NCBI GenBank assembly: GCA_030390025.1
Contig: CM059431.1
Location: 117,864,001-117,928,000 of the forward strand
Direction of reading: 5' to 3'
From: Squalus acanthias
Lineage: Eukaryota
DNA: 64,000 nucleotides
In this document: positions 37,521-50,515 of the stretch, piece after piece
Position numbering within the stretch: the first letter of the stretch is position 1
Layout of the letters: every line of letters begins with the position of its first letter
Notes under the pieces: model-generated
What the model was told of the DNA's origin: nothing
Seen by the model: the letters and a program-made list of their open reading frames with translations, nothing else
Databases searched by the model: none
Translations under genes and position numbers: made by a program

Positions 37521-38332
37521 GCTCTCTGCCAGCACATATTGGAAAATATGCTCATTAATTTCCATATGAGCTGGTAGCAGGCAAGGTTCCTCAATGCTGG
37601 AAAATGCAGGTTATTGTCTCGGCTTTGGGCGTGGCACTGAAGGACAGCTGGTGTCAGTCAGTGCCATCAGGAGAGGACAAGACAAAACTGGAGGAGAAAA
37701 AAACCCAAATATACAATATATCCTCTATTAACCCCATAAAGATTAGCTAATGTACTTTATTCAATGCCTATGTATGTCTCTTACAAGGTAATTATTTCAA
37801 CAGTGGTTCAAGTAGTGGTAAATGAGATTATAATGTTTTAGAGAATATTTAACAAGTCACTATGCCTCACTAATATGTCAGTAAATTACTTTCAAACAAC
37901 AAAGGCTTATTCCATATTGTTTTTGTTTTATGAATTTCTATATACCTGGAAGAGCAAACTTTCAAATTTGTTGAAAATACATTTGGTTCTCAGGGGCTGG
38001 AAGCAGAAGTCCATATCTAGAATGATAGAAAGCTTACAATGTGCACAAGAACATGTATTTTTTTTAATAAATCCACAGGCTACTAATATGTCCTTGACAA
38101 CAATGTTACTAATAAATATTATGTGACAATAATATTCACAATATACAAAGGAATCTTTTAAAACAAAGTCATCTTTGCTGCAATAAAATTTATCAAACCA
38201 AAAGCTAGCTGATTGAGTGTTACTGACTGACAGTTTGATGAAATGGTAAAAGCAGCAAGTTCAGATTCACTTACAGTAAACAGTTAGCTCGATATAAAAT
38301 TGTTGCATTCTTGACATTGATTCAAAGATTGA

Positions 38333-39616
38333 TTCTCATTAATCCTCTGAAAGTGCTGCATCTACTAGTCCTTCGATGAAACTGACTGATTATTTTCCCC
38401 AAAAATAAAATGTTTTGCTTTTTTTTTTAAAGGGACAAAACCCTCCTTCTGGAATCTTGTCTACATTTTGACAGCTACCAATCAAAATGGCAGCTGGCCA
38501 TGGAACTGTTGACTTCAGGTTCATGAACCATGAATTTGGTAGCAGAAACAATGGGCTGGATTTTGTGAATGGAGACGTGTTGGAGGCAGGACTGCTGCTT
38601 GCTGGGTCTCAGTCCCACCTCCATCATCTTCTGGCCAACCAGCGGGATTTCCCCCTGATTGACCTTGTTAAGCCCGCCCGGCGGGCTCAGCAGGCCAATT
38701 AGGGGGAAGTCACTGACAGAGCACATCAACGTCTGACGTGCCATCTGTCAAGATTTCTTGAAAGAAGAAATGTCAGCATTTGACAGCTCTGTGAAGCTGT
38801 CAAACACAGACATTCTGTGTAGTTTGATGAGCCCTTGTGTTCAGGACTCATCAAACCTTTCTACTTTGTAGAAATCAGATGACTGTTGGTTCGGAGGATC
38901 CAACAGCCAGTCTGTGAAATCTACAATGAAGATGTCGGGACTGCGGATCCACCTGAAGGCTGCAGGCAGAAACAAAGGTAAGTGAACATTTTCTAACACT
39001 TTACACTCACCTCACATACTTACCACTCCACACTTGCACCCATCACTCACCTCTACATTGCACTTTCAGACCCCTCCAACCTCCTACTCGACTCCTCCAC
39101 CCCGGCGGGGTTCTCCGAGGTCGGGAAGCCTGCACTTGAAAAGGTAAAATGGGACTAATCCTTTTTTCTGCCTGTTAACTACCTGTTAACAGGCAGTTAA
39201 TGGGATTTAATCCCTTTCCCGCCTTGAGGAGACGGGACCCAGGGCAGGACGGCTTCCCGCCTCCTGGCAAAAGGACACGGAGGCGAGATGGGGCCGGGTT
39301 TGCCAGTTGCCCCCACATTCTGAAACTTTACTGGCAGTCCCGCCTCCATACCCGCCTCCTCGGGGCTGGCAAAATCCAACTCATTATCAATCATGACCCG
39401 CCTGAAATAAGTCTGGTTTCAAACTTCTCAATCACCAAAATTACTGTTAATCCACATAAAGTACTAAAAGTTTGGCTAGCAAGCATGCATGTAATGTCTG
39501 CACAAAAAATGTAGACAATCCTAATGCATCCCAAATGTTCTCATTAATCCTCTGAAGATGCTGCATCTACTAGTCCTTCTATAAAACTGACTGATTATTT
39601 CCCCCCAAAAAAATGT
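38333..39616. repeat. ~80-bp dispersed direct repeat (38333-38413 and 39538-39616)
   Basis: ttctcattaatcctctgaa..tgctgcatctactagtccttc.at.aaactgactgattattt.cccc is shared by both copies. Confidence 0.9.
38553..39382. mobile_element. Harbinger-type MITE (family B, copy 1)
   Basis: TIR GGGCTGGATTTTG / CAAAATCCAACTC. Collinear with 58739-59573. Confidence 0.85.
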
Positions 39617-39640
39617 ATTTTAAGACTTTTTCCTGCTACA

Positions 39641-41473
39641 GAAAGGGAGTATGAAAAGAAACTTGCAAGGGATATAAAAATCAATATGAAGAATTTTTAT
39701 AGTTACATTAGGAAAAAGAGGGCAGTCAGGAGCAATGTTGACCCCTTAAAAACTGAAAGTGGTGTTATTGTCAATGATAATAGGGAAATGGCGGACATGT
39801 TGAATAATTACTTTGCATCAGTATTTACAGAGGAAGAAGAGGATAGCATGCCAGAAATCTCAAAGAAACTAATATTGAATCGGGGACAGGGACTCAATAA
39901 AATTAATGTAGATAAAATAACAGTAATGAAGAAAATAATGGCACTCAAGAGTGACAAATCCCCAGGACCAGATGGTTTCCATCCCAGGGTTTAAAGGAAG
40001 TAGGTGAGCACATTGCAGATGCCCTGACTATAATCTTCCAAAGTTCTCTAGATTCAGGAACCATCCCTTTAGATTGGAAAATTGCGCATGTCACTTCACT
40101 TTTTAAGAATGGTGAGAGAGGGAAACCAGGGAATTATAGACTAGTTAGCCTAACATCTTTTGTGTTGTAATTAAGGATAGGGTGACTGAATACCTCAAAA
40201 ATTTTCACTTGATCAGAAAGAGCTGAATTTGTGAAAGGTAGGTCATGCCTGACGAACGTGATTGCATTTTTTGGGGAGGTGACTAAAGTAATGGACAGGG
40301 GAATGTCTATGGATGTTATTTATATGGACTTCCAGAAGGCATTTGATAAAGTCCCACATAAGACACTGTTATCTAAGGTAGAAGCCCACGGAGTTGAGGG
40401 CAAATTATTGACCTAGTTAGGAAATTGGCTGTGTGGCAGGAGACAGAAACTAGGGATTATGGGTAGGTATTCACATTAGCAGGATGTGACTACTGGTGTC
40501 CTGCAGTGATCTGTGTTGGGGCCTCAACTATTCACAATATTTATTAATGACTTAGATGATGGCATAGGAAGTCATATTTCCAAATTTGCCAATGACACAA
40601 AGATAGGTGGCATTGTAGGCAGCGTCGATGAAACATAAAATTACAAAGGGATATTGATAGATTAAGTGAATGGGCAAAACTGTGGCAAATGGATTTCAAT
40701 GTAAGCAAATGTGAGGTCATCCATTTTGGACCTAAAAAGGATAGAACAGGGTACTTTCTAAATGGTAAAAAGCTAAAAACAGTGGATGTCTGAAGAGACT
40801 GGGGGGTCCAGGTACATAGATCATTAAAATGTCATGAATAGGTACAGAGAATGATCGAAGAGGCTAATGGAATGCTGGGCTTTGTATCTGGAGGACTAGA
40901 GTACAAGGGGAAAGAAGTTATGTTGCAGCTAGACACACCTGGAGTACTGTGAGCAGTTCTGGGCACCACACCTTAGGAAGGATATATTGGCCTTGGAGGG
41001 AATGCAGCGTAGGTTTACCAGAATGATACCCGGACTTCAAGGGTTAAGTTACGAGGAGAGATTACACAAATTAGAGTTGTATTTCCTAGAATTTAGATGG
41101 TTAAGGGGTGATCTGATCGAAGTTTTCAGGATATTGGGAGGAACAGAGAGGGTAGATAGAGAGAAACTATTTCCACTGGTTGGAGATTCTAGGACTGGGG
41201 GCATAGTCTATTCAGGAGTGAAATTAGGAAACACTTCTGCACACAAAGGGTGATAGAAGTTTGGAACTCTCTTCCGCAAACGGCAATTGATGCTAGATCA
41301 ATTGTTAATTTTAAATCGGAGATTGATAGCTTTTTGTTAACCAAAGGTATTAAGGGATATGGGGCAAAGGCGTGTAAATGGAGTTAGGTTACAGATCAGC
41401 CATGATCTCATTGAATGGCGGAACAGGCTCGAGGGGCTGAATGGCCTCCTCCTGTTCCTGTGTTCCTATGTTC
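39641..41473 (+). mobile_element. 5'-truncated, decayed CR1 LINE
   Basis: KNFYSYIRKK...LNNYFASVF...KSPGPDGFHPRV, GRSCLTN, MDFQKAFDKVPH, RRFTRMIPG, with many stops and a (ttcctatg)n tail. Confidence 0.93.
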
Positions 41474-42061
41474 TGCATATGGTAACAATTCCTGTACTCT
41501 CCCGTGCGATGCATCACTAAATTAACTGCAGCCTAACTGTTGTGGATAATGGAGGATAATCCAAACCTGTTATGTGTACAGGGAACAGAATTAACACTTG
41601 TGTTGTACTATATGGATATCGATAAAAGCAGGTTCAAATTGGACCAGCAACACAAATATAAATCCAGTGCAGCAGCAAACCATATTTACAAAGTACTCAG
41701 GCGATAGGTTAGACCCTCTGGGCATTTTTTAAACCCACCTGAACTTAACTTAAATGTTCAGAGATCAATGAATCTTCCCTGCTTGCTCTCTGAATATTTA
41801 TATTTTGAAGTGCTGAGAGAGAGTTCTGCGCATGTGTGTATCCAGGCAACTGTATAGCAGTCTCTTGGGCAGGATGGTTAGAGTTCTACTCAGGCAAAAG
41901 TCAAGCAATGCAAGCAGAGTACTCTGACTGAAACCCTGAGACTGGTAGCTGCAGTGTAATTGCATCCTTAGCTTAATTTGTAACTTACAGTATTTACATA
42001 GTAATTTGAGTTATTTAATCCACTTGTACGTCAGGACAACGACACCAGCTCCAAAGTTGAA

Positions 42062-42851
42062 GGGGGAAAAATTTGGTTGGTTAGCGCCCGAGCACGGCGA
42101 TTTTAGCGCCGCTCGCGAAATTAACCAGTTGTTTTGCGGCGGCGCTAAACACTATTGCCACGATCTCCTGTGCCTGCAGATCGTGACGTCAGTCGAGCGT
42201 GCAACGCCCCGGTAGCGCCCCGGACCGGATATTGAGTCCGATCCCCTGCCTTACCGCCTGCCGCTAGGAATGACAGGTAGAGGGGTACGTTTTCAAGTCG
42301 CGAAGGGGCTGGAGGAGCACTAATTAAAGGCGGGCGCTTCCTGCCTTTTCAGGTCGACAAAATGTTTGGAACACGCAGGTTGAGAGGGAGAGACACCTGG
42401 AGAGATTCGACGCTGTCCGAAGGAGTTTTGGGTCCTGAGAACCACTTTGGAGGTTCAAAAGCGACGAGCTCTTTCCCTGGGCCTATCCATTAGTGCTTCC
42501 AACACAATTGCTTTAGAGGACTCTCCAGGCTGAGAGTCAAGGCTGCAATGAGCAGGGTGTGGCTGGCCAGCAAGATGGGCCCCTCCTATTTAAGAACTGG
42601 ACGGCACCAGTCTGTCTGGCTTTCATGGTAACTGACATCGCCTGAGCTTCGGTAGCGTTCTGAGGTAGCGCCTCGCTCCCTGACGTTAGCGCCTTAAGAG
42701 AGGTGTGTAGCGCCTGATTTAATGCTCAAATCACCTCCAGAGGCGATAGAGGCGAATTTTGCAGTTGGAGGCGATAATTAGCGCCGGCTGCTAAACTTCG
42801 CGCCCGGCCGATATTAGCGCCCCTAAATGGGCGATACCCAATTTTTCCCCC
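42062..42851. mobile_element. Harbinger MITE, second deletion derivative of the 22788 family
   Basis: TIR GGGGGAAAAATT / AATTTTTCCCCC, flanks GAA/TAA. Aligns with 13044-13941. Confidence 0.9.
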
Positions 42852-44603
42852 TAAATGCCTGGACGGTTGAACAATGGCAATCTCCACATGTGAACTCACT
42901 TGTTGGTGTAACGATATACTTTTTAATTCTGCGCACGTACACAATCGTCAGGTCCATGATTTCTAATGGTGCTTGGAGGTGCAATGTGCTCCATTCCCAG
43001 TCCGATAATGAGCTGCTTACATTCTAAACACATAAGAAATCAGTGAGACAACTGTTAAACTATATCAGTGAAGAGGAGTTGCACCCCAGATGTGAATACC
43101 ACAAAACCTTGAGCTAAAAATTCAGGGGCTTTATGCCACCCGTTACCGGCAAAAAATAGTGAAAAGAAGGCGGCTGGTGGTTGGTCCTGCGATGTCCTCC
43201 ATTATCCCAGGCCCAGCAGCGATGCCGCTAAGATCCATTGCCCTGCAAATTAAAATGAGAGCGAGGTGACGCCAGTCGCCGTGCAATGCCGACTTAACGT
43301 CACCATGGTGAACTTGGACCTTTGTATTGAGTTCAGCACTGGGTCCTAAGCTTGCCATGTAAGCATAGCGTGCAGCAGACTAACAGAGGGAGACACACAT
43401 CTTTCAGGTAAGTTTGCATTTAAGCTTTTGGACTGGTTTGTTTTGATTTTATTTAAGTAATGGCTTGCTGCAATAGATGTTAAAAGTTTTTAAGTGTGTA
43501 GGGACTGCTGCTGGATGCTTACAAGGCCTCGGATGGTAAAGGAAGGCCTCTGAGAAGACAGAAAATGCTGCAAATATTTGGCAGGTCAGGCAACATGCGT
43601 GGAGCGAGAAACAGAGCTCACGTGTCAGTTCAAGATGCTGCCTGACCTGTTGAGTATTTCCAGCATTTTATGCTGTCATTTCAGATTTACAGCATCCGCT
43701 CGCAGAGGGAAGAGGAAGATCCAGAAGAGGAAGAAACAGAAGTGGAATAAGCGAAAGAGGAGGAAACAGAAGAGGAGGAAACAGAAGGAATGATGTAGCA
43801 CAGACAGCCCCTTTCTGGCCAGGATATCCGGGATGGAATCATCCGCCTGCGGTTCCAGTAACCACAAACCAATTTCCCATTTCAACATTAGTGCCACACC
43901 TTACCTTCCCTCTGTTACTGACCATCACAGCATCCTCTAGATGCTGAAATAAAAGCCACCACAAAGCAAACTTTCCAATCCAACTTTATACATCTATCCA
44001 TCTAATATGACTTCAAGAAATCAACTCTTCACCCTATGCATTCTCTTAATGATTGTCTTGGGTTTGCTTTGCTTATCCTACTGATGTCACGCTGCAGCAT
44101 GGCTGGTGGAAGGCTGCTGACTTTCAGTGGGGGACACTGCAAATAGCCTTGCTGGTCGACCTTGAGGTGCTGATGGCTGGGAGTGTCAAATCGACGACGA
44201 CTTCTTCTTCTTCTCCTCCTCCTTCTCCTGCTCCTCCCCCTCCTCCTCTCCCTCTTCCTCTTCCTCCACCTCCACCACTGGCGGGGCAGGCTGCATTTCT
44301 TGGGTGTGTGAATGAGGAAGGCACAAGGGTGGAGTTGTGAGGGGAGGGCAGGAAATCAAGAGGTGCAAGCGAGAAGGAGGATAATGTAGTTGAGTGATTG
44401 GTGGGGGCAGGGGGGAAATCCTGCATTGAGCAGTGTGTGAGGCTAGTGGTGCAGTTGGTAGGAGACGGCATTTGAAGATACATTCACTGACCTTGACCAG
44501 TGGTCTGAGGTCATAGAAACATAGAAAATAGGTACAGGAGTAGACCATTCGGTCCTTCGAGCCTGCACCGCCATTCAATGCGTTCATGGCTGAACATGCT
44601 ACC

Positions 44604-47540
44604 TCAGTACCCCATTCCTGCTTTCTCGCCATACCCCTTGATCCCCTTAGTTGTGAGTGTTATATCTAACTCCCTTTTGAATATATTTAGCGAACTGGCC
44701 TCAACAACCTTCTGTGGAAGAGAATTCCATAGATTCACCACTCTCTGGGTGAAGAAGTTCCTCCTCAGCTCAGTCCTAAATGGCTTCCCCTTAATCCTTA
44801 GACTGTGACCCCTGGTTCTAGTTTTCCCTACCATTGGGAACATTCTGCCCGCATCTAATTTGTCTAAACCAGTCAGGATTTTAAATGTCTCTATAAGATC
44901 CCCCCTCATTCTTCTGAACTCCAGAGGATACAAGTTCAGTTGACCCAATCTTTCTTGATATGTCAGTCCGGCCATCCCAGGAATCAATCTAGTGAACCTT
45001 CGCTGCACTCCCTCAATAGCAAGAATGTCCTTCCTTAAGTTAGGAGACCAAAACTGCGCACAATACTCCAGGTGTGGCCTCACCAAGGCCCTGTACAACT
45101 GTAGCATCACCTCCCTACTCCTGTACTCAAATCCCCTTGCTATGAAGGCCATCATTCCGTTTGCTTTCTTGACTGCCTGCTGCACTTGCATTCCCACCTT
45201 CAGTGACTGATGTACCATGACGCCCAGGTCTCGTTGCACGTCCCCTTTCCCTAATCTGCCACCATTCAGGTAATAGTCCGCCTCTCTATTTTTACCACCA
45301 AAGTGGATAACCTCACATTTATCCACATTGTACTTCATCTGCCATACATTTGCCCATTCACCCAACCTGTCCAAGTCACTCTGTAGCCTCCTAGCATCCT
45401 CCTCATTGTTCACACTGCCTCCCAATTTAGTGTCATCCGCAAATTTGGAGATATTACATTTAATCCCTTCGTCCAAATCATTAATATATAATGTAAACAG
45501 CTGGGGTCCCAGCACCGAACCCTGCGGTACCCCGCTGGTCACTGCCTGCCATTCTGAAAAAAACCCATTTACTCCTACTCTTTGTTTCCTGTGTGCCAAC
45601 CAGTTCTCAATCCACGTCAACACATTACCCCCAATCCCATGTGCTTTAACTTTGCTCACCAATCTCTTGTGTGGGACCTTGTCGAAGGCCTTCTGAAAGT
45701 CCAAATACACCACATCTACTGGTTCCCCCCTGTCCACCCTATTGGAAACATCCTCAAAAAATTCCAGAAGATTTGTCAAGCATGATTTCCCTTTCACAAA
45801 TCCATGCTGACTTGGACCTATCATGTCGCCACTTTCCAAATGGTCTGTTATGACATCTTTAATAATTGCTTCCATCATTTTACCCACGACCGATGTCAGG
45901 CTGACCGGTCTATAATTCCCTGCTTTCTCCCTCCCTCCTTTTTTAAAAAGAGGGGTTACATTGGCCACCTTCCACTCCATCGGAACTGATCCAGAGTCTA
46001 AGGAATGTTGGAAAATGATCGTCAATGCATCCACTATTTCCAAGGCCACCTCCTTAAGTACTCTGGGATGCAGACCATCAGGCCCCGGGGATTTTTCAGC
46101 CTTCAGTCCCATCAATTTCCCCAATACCTTTTCCCGACTAATAAGGATTTCCCTCAGCTCCTCCCTCTTACCAGATCCTCTGACGCCTTTTATTTCCGGC
46201 AGGTTGTGTGTGTCCTCCACAGTAAACACCGAACCAAAGTACTTGTTCAATTGATCTGCCATTTCCTTGTTCCCCATTACGACTTCCCCTGTTTCCGACT
46301 GCAGGGGACCTACGTTTGTTTTTACTAACCTCTTTCTTTTTACATATTTATAGAAGCTTTTGCAGTCCATTTTAATGTTCTCTGCAAGCTTCCTTTCATA
46401 TTTTATTTTCCCTGCCCTAATCAAACCCTTCGTCCTCCTCTGCTGAGTTTTGAAGTTCTCCCAGTCCCCGGGTTTGCTGCTACTTCTGGCCAATTTGTAT
46501 GCAACTTCCTTGGTTTTAATACTATCCCTGATTTCCCTTGTTAGCCATGGTTGAGCCATCTTCCCTTTTTTATTTTTATGCCAGACCGGGATGTACAATT
46601 GTTGTAGTTCATCCATGCGATCTCTAAATGTCTGCCATTGCCCTTCCACTGATAGCCCCTTAAATATCGCTTGCCAATTTAACCTCGCCAATTCACGCCT
46701 CATACCCTCAAAGTTGCCCTTATTTAAGTTCTGGACCATGGTCTCTGACTTAACTGTTTCCTTCTCCATCCTAATGTAGAACTCCACCATACTATGGTCA
46801 CTCTTCCCCAGGGGGCCTCGTACCACAAGATTGCTGATTAGTCACTCCTCATTACACAACACCCAGTCCAGGATGGCCTCCCCTCGAGTTGGTTCCTCAA
46901 CATATTGGTTTAGGAAACCATCCCTTAAACACTCCAGGAAATCCTCCTCCACCGTATTGCTTCCAGTTTGAGTAGCCCAATCTATATGCATATTAAAGTC
47001 ACCCATGATAACTGCCGTGCCTTTTTTGCACGCACCTCTGATTTCCTGTTTCATACCCTCCCCCACCTCACTACTGCTGTTTGGAGGTCTGTACACAACT
47101 CCCACTAACGTTTTCTGCCCTTTGGTGTTCTGCAGCTCAACCCATATTGATTCCACATCCTCCAAGCTGATGTCCTTCCTAGCTATTGCATTAATCTCCT
47201 CTTTAACCAGCAATGCTACCCCACCCCCTTTTCCTTTTATTCTATCCTTTCTGAATGTTGAATACCCCTGGATGTTCAGTTCCCAGCCTTGATTGTTCTG
47301 GAGCCACGTCTCTGTAATCTCAATCACATCGTATCCGTTAACATCTATTTGCACAGTCAATTCATCCACCTTATTACGGATACTCCTTGCATTAAGACAC
47401 AGAGCCTTTAGGCTTGTTTTATTAACATCCTTTGTCCTTTTAGACTTATGATTTAGTATGGCCCTTTGTGTTTCTTGCCTTTGTTTACTCGGCCTTCCCC
47501 TATTGTTTCTCACCCTTCTAACATTTGTTTCTGACTGCAT
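44604..47540 (-). pseudogene. CR1 ORF2: APE endonuclease plus reverse transcriptase, with a single in-frame stop
   Basis: ORFs 46842-47540 (LNARSIRNK, ETWL, YRPP, GDFN) and 44604-46826 (NYRPVSL, DFQKAFD, GVPQGSVLGP, FADD) share one frame, separated only by TGA at 46842-46844. Confidence 0.95.
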
Positions 47541-47587
47541 ATTACTTCCCCCTGTTTCGCTACATAGGTTCCCATTCCCCTGCCATA

Positions 47588-48175
47588 TTAGTTTAAATCC
47601 TCCCGAACTGCTTTAGCAAATATTACCCCGAGGACATCGGTTCCAGTCCTGCCCAAGTGCAGACCGTCCCTTTTGTACAGGTCCCACTTCCCCCAGAACT
47701 GGTTCCAATGCCTCAGGAATTTGAATCCCTCCCTCCTGCACCACTGCTCAAGCCACGTATTCAATCTCACTATCCTGTTCTCTCTATTCTGATTAGCACG
47801 TGGCCCTGGTAGCAATCCAGAGATTACTACCTTAGAGGTCCTACTTTTTAATTTAGCTCCTAGCTCCCTAAATTCTGCTTGTAGGACCTCTTCCCGCTTT
47901 TTACCTATATCGTTGGTACCTACATGCACCACGACAGCTGGCTGTTCACCCTCCCTCTTCAGAATGTTCTGCAGCCGCTCCGAGACATCCTTGACCCTTG
48001 CACCAGGGAGGCAACATACTATCCTGGAATCTCGGTTGCGGCCACAGAAACTCCTGTCTATTCCCCTTACAATTGAGTCCCCTATCACTATAGCCCTACC
48101 ACTCTTTTTCCCGCCCTGCTGTGCAGCAGAGCCAGCCATGGTGCCATGAACCTGGCTGCTAGTGCCTTCCCCTGA
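47588..48175 (-). CDS. CR1 ORF1, SGNH/GDSL esterase domain (5'-truncated)
   Basis: VIGDSIVRG, CCLPGA, HVGTND and DGLHL are the SGNH blocks typical of CR1 ORF1. Confidence 0.9.
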   Translation of the reverse strand, partial: SGEGTSSQVHGTMAGSAAQQGGKKSGRAIVIGDSIVRGIDRSFCGRNRDSRIVCCLPGARVKDVSERLQNILKREGEQPAVVVHVGTNDIGKKREEVLQAEFRELGAKLKSRTSKVVISGLLPGPRANQNRENRIVRLNTWLEQWCRREGFKFLRHWNQFWGKWDLYKRDGLHLGRTGTDVLGVIFAKAVREDLN

Positions 48176-48841
48176 GGTCTGAGGTCGTGAAGCTTCTTTG
48201 GACACTGGAGTCAGGTTGTGGGGTCAACACTGCTCGTAGTGATGGCCTCGGTGATCTGGTCCCACATTGTTCTTTCTGGAGTGCCCCCTGGCCCCTGTGG
48301 GTAGAGGGTCAGTCTTGCAGTGTTGACCCCCTGCACAAAGCTGGAGTGCTGCATGCAAAACCTTGGGTGCCCCTTCCCTGGCTTAGTGAGCCATTTGTGT
48401 TAGTGCTGAAGCACTTTTCCCATTTTTTTGAGGTGCGGAAGGGAATTCAGCTTTAAGAGCTGAAGACTCCCATTTGGGACTTCTTTTTAATGTTTTTTTT
48501 TAAAGGCAGTAAGGGCTGAAAACTGCATTTTTTTCACTTCATTTTTATTTTTTAATGGATTGCCCTTTTAATTTCCCACAATACCTAACAAAATTTATTG
48601 CCTCCCTTCCAGAGACAATTGGAAGCTGGAACGCCGCTCCTGGACAGGAACTTTGACTCCCATGCCTGCACTAACACCACCAGAAGGACGTTACATAGTA
48701 AGTTGGCGCTGGGCGAAAAATCTTTAGCCCCCAGCGCAAATTTTTCCCTGGTATCACTTCATCCATTTTCAGTGGCCGCGGTGGCACTGGCAACTCTCAT
48801 GGTGGCCACGAATTTTCAGCCATTTGTGTTTTAAGATGACC

Positions 48842-49178
48842 GGCTAGAAATTCGAGAGCGCCCTCCAAGCAAGCCAGTTACCCTACGCGCAAATTTTGAG
48901 GTCTGATGAGCCCCGGATACTGGGCTTCAGACCTCATTCCATTTGAGACAGCGCTGCGGACGGAGCCCCAGTCAGTTAAGTGAAGGAAGTTTGGGACGTT
49001 GCCAGAGCAAAGGTAAGTGATGGTCTGTTTCAGGCATGGGTAAAGGACGTCCCGTGTTTATCCTTATCCAATATGTTGGGTGGTGCACTTCCGCTTGGAG
49101 GTGAGCGCGCTTCCTGTTTGCCATTTTGGAGACATAGTCGATCGTGTAGCATCCATTTTTTAGGCCTAATTTCCAGGC
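48842..49178. mobile_element. Harbinger-type MITE
   Basis: Termini GGCTAGAAATT / AATTTCCAGGC. Confidence 0.6.
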
Positions 49179-49289
49179 TGCCAGCTCTTGTTGGAAACAG
49201 AATCGATATGGATCAGTGCGATGATGATTATTAAGGCCAATACAAGAGAGGCAAGCTGTCCTGCTCCTGCTAACATTTCCACTGTTGCT

Positions 49290-49560
49290 ATTTCTCCTTT
49301 AGGAGATCAACGCACTCGTGCTCGTAGCAGCTAACAGAGCCATGTATTGCTGCGTTCCAGCTCGAGCAATCAGCCACAAGATTTTCCAGTAATCAACATT
49401 GATATTACATAGCTTAAGTTTAAGCTTGAGCTTGTGCTTGAATGTGTCCCTGTATCTCTTTCCATCTTGCCTCTGCTCACCCAGTTCCACCTTGATGTAC
49501 AGGACTCTTATTTGACATTCTGGATACGTCCATAAGGATAACACATCAGGTCAATGCGGC
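49290..49560 (-). mobile_element. Old RTE LINE C-terminal fragment
   Basis: VLY..VELGEQRQDGKRYRDTFKHKLKLCNINVDYW resembles the RTE ORF C-terminus. Confidence 0.65.
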
Positions 49561-49747
49561 TGTGCTCTTATCAGCCATTTATACCATTTCACCAGTCTCT
49601 CCCCCTACCTCTGAATTACAACAGGAGACCATTAGAACACACTGCTGGAATTTCAGGGCCCCTCTCTCTCTTTCTGTAAGGGGGAGGGAATCAGGAAATT
49701 TAACAACCTTTGAGGGCTGCCAAACAGAAGAAACAAGCGTGGCGGTA

Positions 49748-49905
49748 AGTTTAACTTTTAATCGCCAGGTGAAAAACAGATACTAACAAACCGGCAACCT
49801 GTTATACACCTCACCTCATTTGGAAAAGAAGCTTGGACGAGGTATAAAACAGGCTGACAATTTCTCAATCACCCTTCTTTGCCTGGCGATTAAAAATTAA
49901 ATTGG
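49748..49905. mobile_element. Small fold-back/MITE element
   Basis: tttaacttttaatcgccagg ... cctggcgattaaaaattaaa inverted pair. Confidence 0.55.
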
Positions 49906-50515
49906 GACATGGTCGGGGGGTGGGTGGGGGTAATTTTAACCAGCAACAGCGGGTTGTTTTGGGGTGGGATGGGATTTACAATTTTATAATTTTCGATCAG
50001 GAGCCCAAACCGGCTCCAACACGCCCACTTCCGGGATTAACGAAGACTTGTTTGGATGCTGGCGAGAAACCTACACACTGAAGTCGGGGTTTTAATTATT
50101 TCCGGTGGGCAGTTAATTATTGGAGCAATTAACATCCTTAGGAGACGTTAATGAAGTCTTTGCAAATTGCTTTTAACTTTGCTCCAAATTTAACTGGAGC
50201 AGGACGGGTTTCCTAGGGCTCGGGTAACTGACCAGGGAAACGGAGGCGCGATTGAGCATCAGTTCAGGTAGGTATTTAAACTTGTCATTGTCCCATCTGA
50301 ATAAAATCTCACTTACTGCAGCAGGTGTCTCAGTTCCCTCTGGCAAATATTTGGCAGAGAGTGCTTGTGTGGATACAGCTTTTTTCAACCTTGGAGGCTT
50401 TCAAAGTGATAAGACCAGGATGGGAGACAAATTGGATGTGTTTGACAGCACATCAGAAGAGGTAGACCATCACCATCCATGGCAGCGACAATGTGCTGTG
50501 GTAGGATCAGCACGT

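Larger units (their letters stand above)
44513..48175 (-). mobile_element. Young CR1 LINE, 5'-truncated within ORF1
   Basis: (catagaaa)n tail, an 11-bp TSD GGTCTGAGGTC at 44502-44512 and 48176-48186, and ORF1 plus ORF2. Confidence 0.96.
43112..48821. mobile_element. Non-autonomous Harbinger (11216 family, reverse orientation) split by a CR1
   Basis: Ends AGCTAAAAATTC / GAATTTTCAGCC. Segments 43480-44512 and 48176-48480 are reverse complements of parts of 11590-13040. Confidence 0.8.

Noticed and set aside
46842..46844. In-frame TGA as selenocysteine or programmed readthrough
   Set aside because: A single nonsense substitution in a retrocopy is far simpler, and I see no SECIS evidence.
44992..47292. 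Plus-strand ORFs inside the CR1
   Set aside because: They are antisense shadows of ORF2.
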